A stretch of 64,000 nucleotides of DNA, taken from assembly GCA_963789395.1 (NCBI GenBank), contig CAWBKP010000010.1, forward strand, positions 32,001 through 96,000, given 5' to 3'. The notes below the pieces were generated by a model. The model did no database searches, was not told the origin of the DNA, and saw only the letters and a program-made list of their open reading frames with translations. This DNA is from an uncultured delta proteobacterium (GTDB taxonomy: Bacteria > Desulfobacterota > Desulfobacteria > Desulfobacterales > Desulfatirhabdiaceae). The translations under genes and the position numbers were made by a program. Of this stretch, positions 56,422 to 64,000 are shown piece by piece (position 1 is the first letter of the stretch; each line of letters begins with the position of its first letter).

Positions 56422-57096
56422 ATGGCGTTTTATAGACCCGAAATAAAGATCTGCGGGTTGACACGGACTGATGAGGCAGTGGCCTGCGCCGAGGCCGGGG
56501 CTGATGCCATCGGGCTGGTGTTTTATCCGCCCAGCCCCAGGCATCTTACAATAAAGCAAGCCAGAGACATCAGCTTGGCCCTGCCGGATCACATCGCACG
56601 GGTGGGTGTCTTTGTCAACAGTCCGGTTTCAGAAATATTGAAACGGATCGACGCCTGCGGGCTGACGGCTATCCAGCTTCACGGGCAGGAATCCCCGGAA
56701 ATGGTCAAATATCTTTGCGACAGGGGCGTTCGGGTCATAAAAGCCCTGTTTATTCACAGCCCCCCCTTGATATCAGCAGCGCCGCGCTACCCGGACACGG
56801 TGTTTCTGGTGGAATGCGGAAAAGGTCGGCTTCCCGGAGGAAATGCTCTGACCTGGAACTGGCGTGCAGTAAAAGCCTTTGGACTGTCATATCCCCTGAT
56901 ACTGGCCGGAGGCATCAGTCCGGACACCGTCACACAGGCTGTTTCTGAAGCCGGACCCGATGCCATCGATGTCAGCTCCGGTGTCGAGTTCTCCCCGGGC
57001 CGCAAGGATATTCAACTGGTCAGCTCGCTAATTCGAGCTGTTTCTCTATGCGCCATTGAAAGGCAGCCCAGAAGGATCTGGAGCCTGACCGAGTAA
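56422..57096 (+). CDS. trpF: Phosphoribosylanthranilate isomerase
   Basis: IKICGLT, QLHGQE, ILAGGI, DVSSGVE..PGRKD. Confidence 0.95.
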   Translation: MAFYRPEIKICGLTRTDEAVACAEAGADAIGLVFYPPSPRHLTIKQARDISLALPDHIARVGVFVNSPVSEILKRIDACGLTAIQLHGQESPEMVKYLCDRGVRVIKALFIHSPPLISAAPRYPDTVFLVECGKGRLPGGNALTWNWRAVKAFGLSYPLILAGGISPDTVTQAVSEAGPDAIDVSSGVEFSPGRKDIQLVSSLIRAVSLCAIERQPRRIWSLTE

Positions 57097-57248
57097 CGCG
57101 AGCCATCTGCCACTGCCCATGGTTTTTCGTGCAATGGCATTGGCACGGATGGACTGATGGTTTTATCTTGCTTTCAGGTTTTTGGTCATCGTATAGAGAA
57201 GAGGCAGATTTTCCCCGGTAAAAACCTTTTTGAATACGGAGCGCTCTT

Positions 57249-57866
57249 GTGGATACCATCTATGATTTAAGCACCATCACCCGAACGCTGAAAACCGATG
57301 AGCAGGTGATCGCCTTTACGGGGTTTTCCATTGATCAAGGCAATCAGCCCAATAAAGAAGGGGTGCTTAAAATATCCGCTTATGCCAGGCCGGACCGGAG
57401 TGGTTATTTGACCCTTACCTTTATCATGGACAGCGAAGGGGACTTACAAATTCAAGACGATCTCACCCGCTATTTTTCCAACATCACCGAAAACACCCTG
57501 CGACCGCATTTCAAGGAAGCATTTGAAACCATCTTTCGATGCCCGATGGATGGGCCGTCTAAATCACCGACTTGGTATTTAGAAGAAATAAATATCTATT
57601 TCAAAGTGTTAAACGGCAGAGAACGCCGTATTATTGAGCAGCATCTCCTCCCGTCGCTGGAAAAGCTGCTGCCGTTTCGTTTTGATCCCGTGGAATGGTG
57701 GGATCAACAAAGGCAGGAACCCAAACCCGTTTCATCCTCAGCCGGCAGTCCCCCAGCCCGATCCGGGATCATTGAAAGCCGCATTGATCAGATGGTTACA
57801 ATCCCTTTAATCCAACCGCATGTAACAAAATGGCGCCAGAGAGGTGGGATAAAGGGTTGCGGGTAA
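57249..57866 (+). CDS. Hypothetical protein; true end may be the TAA at 57810 if an indel lies near 57768
   Basis: 205-codon ORF with GGAG RBS; the alternative frame ends SLKAALIRWLQSL*. Confidence 0.6.
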   Translation: MDTIYDLSTITRTLKTDEQVIAFTGFSIDQGNQPNKEGVLKISAYARPDRSGYLTLTFIMDSEGDLQIQDDLTRYFSNITENTLRPHFKEAFETIFRCPMDGPSKSPTWYLEEINIYFKVLNGRERRIIEQHLLPSLEKLLPFRFDPVEWWDQQRQEPKPVSSSAGSPPARSGIIESRIDQMVTIPLIQPHVTKWRQRGGIKGCG

Positions 57867-59719
57867 AAGCCGACACCTCATCTTCTCTCAGCAGGACCAG
57901 ACCAGGTGTCACAGTTTCAACGTTATTAATAATCTGACTGTTAAAGCTTGGATTTCGCTCTTTGATTTTTGAAAATTTTTATTTTCTGCAACCTGAGTTC
58001 GGTTGCCAACTCTTGCCAGTTTCAATTTGCCATCAGGTTGAATTAAACAGAAAGGCGTAGTTGAAATAATTTTGGGGGATACCCAAAACCGCCAGGATGT
58101 CTTTTTGGATATCCGTCAGTTTGGATATAAACCCGAATGTTTCTCCCGAAGGCAGTTCGATGATTCCTTTGACAATATCCTTGAACTCGGCCAGAAGATT
58201 TTCTGTGGTTGGATTTTTTACGTTTTTACGGTTGGGCATGAAATTATCGAGGCCTTTGTCTCTGGATTTTATCTTTTCTCGAGCACTGCGTTCGATCAGT
58301 ACCGCCACTTGCAGAGCAATCTTAAACAAAAAGAGCAAGGCTTCAATTCTTTTGGGTGTTTGCAGATAAATTGGTTCAAGATTCAAGCTGCTTTTGGCTC
58401 TGCGATTGGTGTGCTCATTTTTGTACTGGTCTTTGTGAAACTGCATGGCTTCTTCTATTGAGATGTCGTTTTTGTTGGTAATCAGCGGATAATAACCGCA
58501 TCGCCCAAGCGCCTTATCGAAGTGCTCTTGATGGAAGATCAGCTTGACAGAGAAATGATTCGTTGTGACGGCAACTTTTTCATCTCCATTTTTTGAAGCC
58601 CGGCCTCGGCGTTTGTTTTTGAAGGTGATGACAGGCTCGTTGTGGATTTCAAATTCGAAAAAGTTCTGAGATTTGTTTTTCCTCAGAATGCCTTGGCAGG
58701 CTTTTTCGATGCCTTCATGGGTTTTCAGATGATAGGTGCCCAGTTTTAGCACCAGGTCATCGAACTGCTTTCGGGTCTTTTCAACATGTCGATTGAGCGT
58801 TTGCCGGGTTCGGAAGCAAAGACCGTGATCAAAAAGAATGATCATTCGAAACGGATACTCTTTGTCATTATGAGCAATCGTCAATGGAGTCTCAAAACCC
58901 CGGTTGAAACGCTCCTTGTAAGGTATGAGTGTTTCCTCGGTGTGATTTTGCAGCGCATTTTCAAAAACCTTTTCATAAGTTGAATACATGGGCGCTGGTG
59001 TCAGAAAGAACCCCTGATTGTCATGGATGTGGGCCATGTTATCGATAGATGCCAGTTTGCAGTCACCCACATACAGAAAACCGCGGTCATCCAGAAGATC
59101 AATCAGATGCTGCCATTGTTCCACATAAGTGCTCACATCGGCGGTGTTTCCGCTGTAAGCTTGTTGGTACAAGGGAAAGGCTGCATCGTTGCTGACAGAC
59201 AATGACCAGACAAATTGTTTGAGGTCTTGGCGATGCTTTTTGCTGTAACCATAGGTGATCGTGATGCCCTCACCCGGATGCTTATCGCAGTTTCCAAACG
59301 TTGATGCCGATGTGGTATCATTATGGGCAACGGTGGTTCGAATATCAAAATGATTGATCATGTGCCGGGTGATGAGCATTTCAAGGTTTCCGATACCATA
59401 ATCGTATATTGCATCCAGGGTATCAGCCAGTCTGTCATCGAAATACTCTTTGGACGCAATATCGGGGAAGATGATATTGAGAATCTGTGATTTTTCGGCA
59501 AACTGACATAGTCGATACATTTGGAACACCTGACATAATACGGCGGTAACCATGGCTACCGAAGCCTGACCATGGGTCAATATTTTTCTTCGGGGGTCAA
59601 GTGGAACGTGTTGGTCGATAATTGTTTGTACGCCCGATTCTTCAAAAAAGAACTTCAGAATTGGGGCGAATCCGATGGCCTGAGTTTCTACCGGTGGTAG
59701 TGGTATCGCTTTCATGTAA
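57819..59719 (-). mobile_element. IS1634-family insertion sequence bounded by the direct repeat CATGTAA
   Basis: CATGTAA at 57819-57825 and 59713-59719 enclose the transposase; removing the element restores a plausible end for the peptidase gene. Confidence 0.7.
58033..59715 (-). CDS. IS1634-family DDE transposase with DUF4277-like N-terminus
   Basis: DDRLADTLDAI, HNDTTS, YGYSKKHRQDLKQ, GNTAD, VGDCKL, LITN, QYKNEHTNRRAKS, PIYLQTPKRIEAL. Confidence 0.9.
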   Translation of the reverse strand: MKAIPLPPVETQAIGFAPILKFFFEESGVQTIIDQHVPLDPRRKILTHGQASVAMVTAVLCQVFQMYRLCQFAEKSQILNIIFPDIASKEYFDDRLADTLDAIYDYGIGNLEMLITRHMINHFDIRTTVAHNDTTSASTFGNCDKHPGEGITITYGYSKKHRQDLKQFVWSLSVSNDAAFPLYQQAYSGNTADVSTYVEQWQHLIDLLDDRGFLYVGDCKLASIDNMAHIHDNQGFFLTPAPMYSTYEKVFENALQNHTEETLIPYKERFNRGFETPLTIAHNDKEYPFRMIILFDHGLCFRTRQTLNRHVEKTRKQFDDLVLKLGTYHLKTHEGIEKACQGILRKNKSQNFFEFEIHNEPVITFKNKRRGRASKNGDEKVAVTTNHFSVKLIFHQEHFDKALGRCGYYPLITNKNDISIEEAMQFHKDQYKNEHTNRRAKSSLNLEPIYLQTPKRIEALLFLFKIALQVAVLIERSAREKIKSRDKGLDNFMPNRKNVKNPTTENLLAEFKDIVKGIIELPSGETFGFISKLTDIQKDILAVLGIPQNYFNYAFLFNST

Positions 59720-60850
59720 GGCGTGAAGCCTTATAATTTCAAGAACCAGCTCCGTTGTCAGCACCATATCGCTCAGTCGGACCCACTCCCGCACCGTATG
59801 CATATCCCGCATACCGGTTCCCAGAACACCGGTCATGATTCCTTTTGAAAAAAAGACATTGGCGTCCGCACCACCGCCGGTGATTTTGGGAATCAGCGTG
59901 CGTCCCAGGTTCTGAGCGGCTTTCATGGCAAGGGTCACCACCGGGTGATCCTCGGGAATGTGGGTGCGGGTAAAATCCGGCACAATTTCCACCTCCAGCC
60001 GGGGACTGCCGGCTTCGGCGGACTGGGGCACATACTCCTGAACAGCGGTTTCAAAAGCAGCCACAATGGTTTGGGTCAGATCCGCCAGTTTTTTGGGGTC
60101 ATGGCTTCTGACTTCGCCGTTTACCGTTACCTGGCAGGGGATGATGTTGGTCGCCACACCTCCCTGAATCACGCCGATATTGCAGGTGGTTTCCTGGTCG
60201 ATGCGGCCAAGCGTTAATCCGGAAATGGCATTGCTGGCAATGGAAATGGCATTGATGCCTTTTTCCGGCGCTGCGCCGGCGTGGGCGTCTTTTCCATGCA
60301 CCACAAATTTGAGGTGATTGGCGCCCGGCGCGCGGGTTACAATGCCGGCAGTATCGGTTGCATCCAGGGCATAGCCGAATTTGGCGGTTAACCGGCTAAG
60401 ATCCATATTTTTTGCGCCCTGAAGTCCGATTTCCTCGCAGATCGTCAGCACCACTTCGAGCGGGCCATGCGGCAGGCGATCTTCCTGAAGCACGGTGAGC
60501 ACCTCCAGCAAAATGGCAATGGCGCTTTTGTCATCCGCTCCCAGAATGGTCGTGCCGTCGCTCGTAAACATGCCGTCCTTATAGACGGGTTTCACGCCGT
60601 TTCCAGGCTCGACCGTATCCATGTGAGCATTCAGCATCAGGGGCGGAACATCCACACTGCCTCCGAAGCGCGCAATCAGATTTCCCGTGTTGCTGCCGAC
60701 AGCATTTCCGGCATCATCCACAAAGGTTTCCGCGCCCATGGCCTCAAGGATATGCTGAAGTTCGCCGCAAATCGCCGCTTCATTTCTGGATACGCTGTCA
60801 ATTTGAACCAGGCGGCTGAATGTCTCCGCCAGTCTTTCCGGATTGATCAT
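59642..60850 (-). CDS. M20 metallopeptidase (peptidase T-like); C-terminus reads into the IS
   Basis: AHMDTVEPG, LGADDK, EEIGL, GGGADAN, MHTVRE. Confidence 0.9.
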   Translation of the reverse strand: MINPERLAETFSRLVQIDSVSRNEAAICGELQHILEAMGAETFVDDAGNAVGSNTGNLIARFGGSVDVPPLMLNAHMDTVEPGNGVKPVYKDGMFTSDGTTILGADDKSAIAILLEVLTVLQEDRLPHGPLEVVLTICEEIGLQGAKNMDLSRLTAKFGYALDATDTAGIVTRAPGANHLKFVVHGKDAHAGAAPEKGINAISIASNAISGLTLGRIDQETTCNIGVIQGGVATNIIPCQVTVNGEVRSHDPKKLADLTQTIVAAFETAVQEYVPQSAEAGSPRLEVEIVPDFTRTHIPEDHPVVTLAMKAAQNLGRTLIPKITGGGADANVFFSKGIMTGVLGTGMRDMHTVREWVRLSDMVLTTELVLEIIRLHALHESDTTTTGRNSGHRIRPNSEVLF

Positions 60851-61008
60851 TTCAATCTCCTCATAAAAAAACTGAACCAAAAAGCCGTTCAGACAAAATC
60901 TAAATCACACGCCAAAAACATCAGGTTGAAAAGGTACCATTTTAAGCAGTATGATTTTGGTCATTGTCTTCGAATTTATAATAAAAAAGGGTTCTGTTCA
61001 GATACGCT

Positions 61009-62382
61009 TTAGTTGTTCATGCTCTGCAGCGGCGCTGGAATAAGCCCGCCCAGTCGAATAAACGGGTTGTCGCCGCCGCCGTTGTTGACTGCCATGATGA
61101 CTGACTGGCCCAGCAGACCTCCGAAAAAAGCGTAGTCTCCGGCTTTTTTCCCGGGAACCGGAATCAGACGGGTTGCCGTTGTTTTCTTGTTGATCACGCC
61201 GATAGCCATTTCATCCGCAATGATGGCTGCAATGGTTTCCGCTGACGTGTCACCGGGAATGGCCACCATATCGAGCCCCACGGAACAGACACTGGTCATG
61301 GCCTCGAGCTTTTCAATGGACAGGAGTCCGTCCCTTGCCGCCTCTCCGATATTCAGATCTTCGCTGACCGGTATAAAGGCCCCGCTTAGCCCCCCCACAT
61401 GAGAGCTGGCAAACGCGCCGCCTTTTTTGACGGCGTCATTTAACATGGCAAGGGCGGCGGTGGATCCGGGAACACCGATGCTTTTCAGTCCCAGGCTTTG
61501 AAAAATCTCCCCGACGCTGTCTCCGATATTGGGCGTCGGGGCAAGGCTGAGATCCACAACGCCGAAGCGGATGCCCAGAACCTGGGCCACTTCCCGGCCG
61601 ATAAGCTCGCCGACACGGGTCACCTTATAAGCAGTGCGTTTGATGATTTCCGAAATCTGCCCCAGGTCCGGCAGGGATTCGGATGCCAGGGCTCGATCGA
61701 TGGCTTTTTTTACCACTCCGGGACCGCTGACCCCGACATTGATGACCGCATCGGACTCGCCGATGCCCAGGTAGGCGCCGGCCATGAACGGAATGTCTTC
61801 AGGGATGTTGGCGAACACGCACAGCTTGGCGCACGCCAGACCGTCCTGAGCCGCTGTTCTGCCGGCGGCTTCCTTGATGATTTTTCCCATCAACAGCACC
61901 GCATCCATGTTGATGCCGGCCCGGGTGGAGGCAACATTCACCGACGAACACACCCGGTCCGTCTCTGCAAGGGCCTGGGGAATGGCCTCTATCAGTGCCC
62001 GATCCCCTCTGGCAACCCCTTTTTGAACCAGGGCCGTAAACCCGCCGATGAAATCGACATTTACCGAAACTGCAGCTTCATTCAGGGTTTTGGCCACCGC
62101 CACCATTTCCTCTGAAGAAAACATGGCGCCCAGCACCGCGACGGGGCTGACGGAGATTCGCTTGTTCACCACCGGAATGCCGTATTTATCCCCGACCTGG
62201 TTGCAAACCTGAACCAGATTTTGTGCCAGGCCGGTGATTCTGGAAAAGATGTTATCCTTGAACCGGTTGATATCATGGCTGGCACATTCCAGAAGATTAA
62301 TCCCCAGGGTAACGGTACGAACATCAAGATGCTCGTTCTGAAGCATTTCCAGGGTTGATACTATTTCACTCGTACTTAGCAT
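61009..62382 (-). CDS. UPF0210/DUF711 (PFL-like) family protein
   Basis: LDVRTVTLGINL, VNKRISVSP, VGVSGPGVV, GGLSGAFIPVSED. Confidence 0.9.
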   Translation of the reverse strand: MLSTSEIVSTLEMLQNEHLDVRTVTLGINLLECASHDINRFKDNIFSRITGLAQNLVQVCNQVGDKYGIPVVNKRISVSPVAVLGAMFSSEEMVAVAKTLNEAAVSVNVDFIGGFTALVQKGVARGDRALIEAIPQALAETDRVCSSVNVASTRAGINMDAVLLMGKIIKEAAGRTAAQDGLACAKLCVFANIPEDIPFMAGAYLGIGESDAVINVGVSGPGVVKKAIDRALASESLPDLGQISEIIKRTAYKVTRVGELIGREVAQVLGIRFGVVDLSLAPTPNIGDSVGEIFQSLGLKSIGVPGSTAALAMLNDAVKKGGAFASSHVGGLSGAFIPVSEDLNIGEAARDGLLSIEKLEAMTSVCSVGLDMVAIPGDTSAETIAAIIADEMAIGVINKKTTATRLIPVPGKKAGDYAFFGGLLGQSVIMAVNNGGGDNPFIRLGGLIPAPLQSMNN

Positions 62383-62424
62383 TCTTTTCCTCTCATTACA
62401 TCTGACTGCTGCCGTCGGTCTGTT

Positions 62425-62979
62425 TCACACCCGGTTAATGGCCTCAAAAATCTTTCGGTGCTGAATACTGATGACAAGGCCCAGCGTTGCGGCCTCGTCA
62501 CGAAGATCCCGGTGAAATGCATGGGAGTCGATATCCACCGGAACATCCACCTCATAGATCATGATGTTGTCGTTTGGATTCTCGCCGCCCTTGAAAGCCG
62601 CCTGAAGGTTGGTGACATTGACCCCGTATCCGGCGATGATCCGGGTCACATTGGCCACAAGCCCCTTGCGATCCGGCCCCCGGGTGGTAATCACGAACGG
62701 CTCGGCGGGTTTCCCGCCAAGCGCCGGCGGACTGATCTCCAGATGCTTGACGTTTACCTGAAGCCGCATCGGCGTCAAAACGTCGGACAAACAGCAACAG
62801 AGCGTATCGGAGGACAGGTTCAGCGGCATTTCAGCAATGAAGCTTCCCGAAAATTCAGACTGCAAAATGGTCTGGGTAACGTTTTCAATATTACAGTCCT
62901 GTTCGAACAGAATCCGGGACACCGCAGCCAGTATTCCCGGCCGGTCCGGGCCGAAAACAGATATGATGATTTTTTTCAT
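62425..62979 (-). CDS. Tandem ACT-domain protein (GcvR-like)
   Basis: GPDRPGI and GPDRKGL ACT motifs; adjacent to UPF0210. Confidence 0.85.
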   Translation of the reverse strand: MKKIIISVFGPDRPGILAAVSRILFEQDCNIENVTQTILQSEFSGSFIAEMPLNLSSDTLCCCLSDVLTPMRLQVNVKHLEISPPALGGKPAEPFVITTRGPDRKGLVANVTRIIAGYGVNVTNLQAAFKGGENPNDNIMIYEVDVPVDIDSHAFHRDLRDEAATLGLVISIQHRKIFEAINRV

Positions 62980-63992
62980 GGTTTCATCCACAAAATAGAG
63001 GGTTCAACGGCGCCGACACGTTTTGTGCCCGTCAGAATCATGGCCTGGGTCAGCTCCGAGCGGATCTGGTCAATAAAACGCATGGCCCCTTCTTTTAGCC
63101 CGCCCATAACGGCAACGGAAAAAGGACGGCCGATCATCACGGCATCGGCGCCAAGGGCCAGCATCTTGAGCACATCTCCGCCGGTCCGCACGCCGCCGTC
63201 TGCCAGAACCACAATCTGCCCCTTTACCGCCGATGCGACTTCTGAAAGGATGCGGGCAACACCCGGGGTGTGATCCAGAACCCTGCCGCCGTGGTTGGAT
63301 ACCACGATGGCGCTTGCTCCCACATCCACGGCGATTCTGGCCTGATCCGGGGTCATGATGCCTTTCAATATAAATTTCATTGGCGTCCTGGATATTATTT
63401 CCTTCAGTTTTTCCGGTGTTTTGGGTGATACCGGCCTTCCCATCAGCTTCAGGGTGATCAGGCCGGCGGCATCGATATCCATACCGACCACGGTCGCACC
63501 TGCGGCCGCAGCAACGTCCAGCTTGCCGAACAATTCTCTGTCTTCCCAGGGTTTGATAAAGGGAATACCATGCCCCTGAAGAGAACGAATGGCCTGAAAC
63601 CCGGCTTCATGAATGAAATCCGGAGCACCGTCACCCGTACAGCCGATGATGCCTTTTTCCCGGCACCCTTCCAGCTTTGCCGCAATATAGTCCTCTTCGG
63701 AGATCTTTCCCCCCATGTTAAAGGAAACCCCGCCTATGGGAGCTGCCAGAACCGGTATCTCCAGAGGGATCCCCAGTATCTCGGTCCGGGTATCGGGTTC
63801 CGCCGCATCGTGGATTACCCGCATGTTAAACCGGAATTCGCCAAGCGCCTGAATATTGTCCCGGAACGCAGCGCCGGTTCCAATGCCTCCCATGCCCGGC
63901 ACCTCGCCGGCACAGGCTCTGCCGTCACAGACCGGACAGACCTTGCAAAATCCTTCCATCATTTTTCTGGCCTGATTTCGGATTTCCTTCAT
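62976..63992 (-). CDS. FMN-dependent alpha-hydroxy-acid dehydrogenase family protein with N-terminal Cys cluster
   Basis: CKVCPVCDGRAC, LKGIMT, SNHGGRVLD, DGGVRTG, GRP. Confidence 0.9.
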   Translation of the reverse strand: MKEIRNQARKMMEGFCKVCPVCDGRACAGEVPGMGGIGTGAAFRDNIQALGEFRFNMRVIHDAAEPDTRTEILGIPLEIPVLAAPIGGVSFNMGGKISEEDYIAAKLEGCREKGIIGCTGDGAPDFIHEAGFQAIRSLQGHGIPFIKPWEDRELFGKLDVAAAAGATVVGMDIDAAGLITLKLMGRPVSPKTPEKLKEIISRTPMKFILKGIMTPDQARIAVDVGASAIVVSNHGGRVLDHTPGVARILSEVASAVKGQIVVLADGGVRTGGDVLKMLALGADAVMIGRPFSVAVMGGLKEGAMRFIDQIRSELTQAMILTGTKRVGAVEPSILWMKP

Positions 63993-64000
63993 ATTCTCTT

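Noticed and set aside
57992..59686. CCTGAGTT at 57992-57999 and 59679-59686 as IS terminal inverted repeats
   Set aside because: The two copies are in direct orientation and one lies inside the transposase coding sequence; no inverted partner was found upstream of the gene

Overview
Bacterial DNA, most likely Desulfobacterota (inferred from gene content and order). It has an accessory left part (~1-44 kb) and a core-genome right part (~44-64 kb). Left part: a multi-PAS hybrid histidine kinase, a stand-alone RelA/SpoT synthetase-domain gene, and a sigma54-type small-protein/BON cluster. Next is a ~21 kb lipid biosynthetic cluster (8.7-29.9 kb): a GT-B-like protein, a radical SAM/SPASM enzyme, an NAD-dependent reductase, a ceramide-synthase-like GNAT, a single-module ER-KS-AT-ACP-KR-DH synthase, a PPTase, an ABC exporter, a phosphoethanolamine-transferase-like protein and a convergent FAAL-ACP-oxoamine synthase fusion. 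After it come a sigma54-type tal-glgP-gnd-zwf-pgl-pgi run carrying relics of lost genes and a damaged Na+/H+ antiporter gene. Right part: dapB, rluD, carD, hppA, pth, rplY, prs, tRNA-Gln, ispE, a trpEGDCF operon with an unannotated Trp leader peptide, an IS1634-family element with unusual ends, and four housekeeping genes. The best candidates for undescribed biology are the PKS/FAAL-coupled sphingolipid-like cluster with its structured leader, and the IS1634 element whose start codon sits in a 7-bp flanking direct repeat. Many genes, including housekeeping ones, carry single frameshifts that are probably sequencing errors. All family calls come from recognising motifs by eye; no database search was run.
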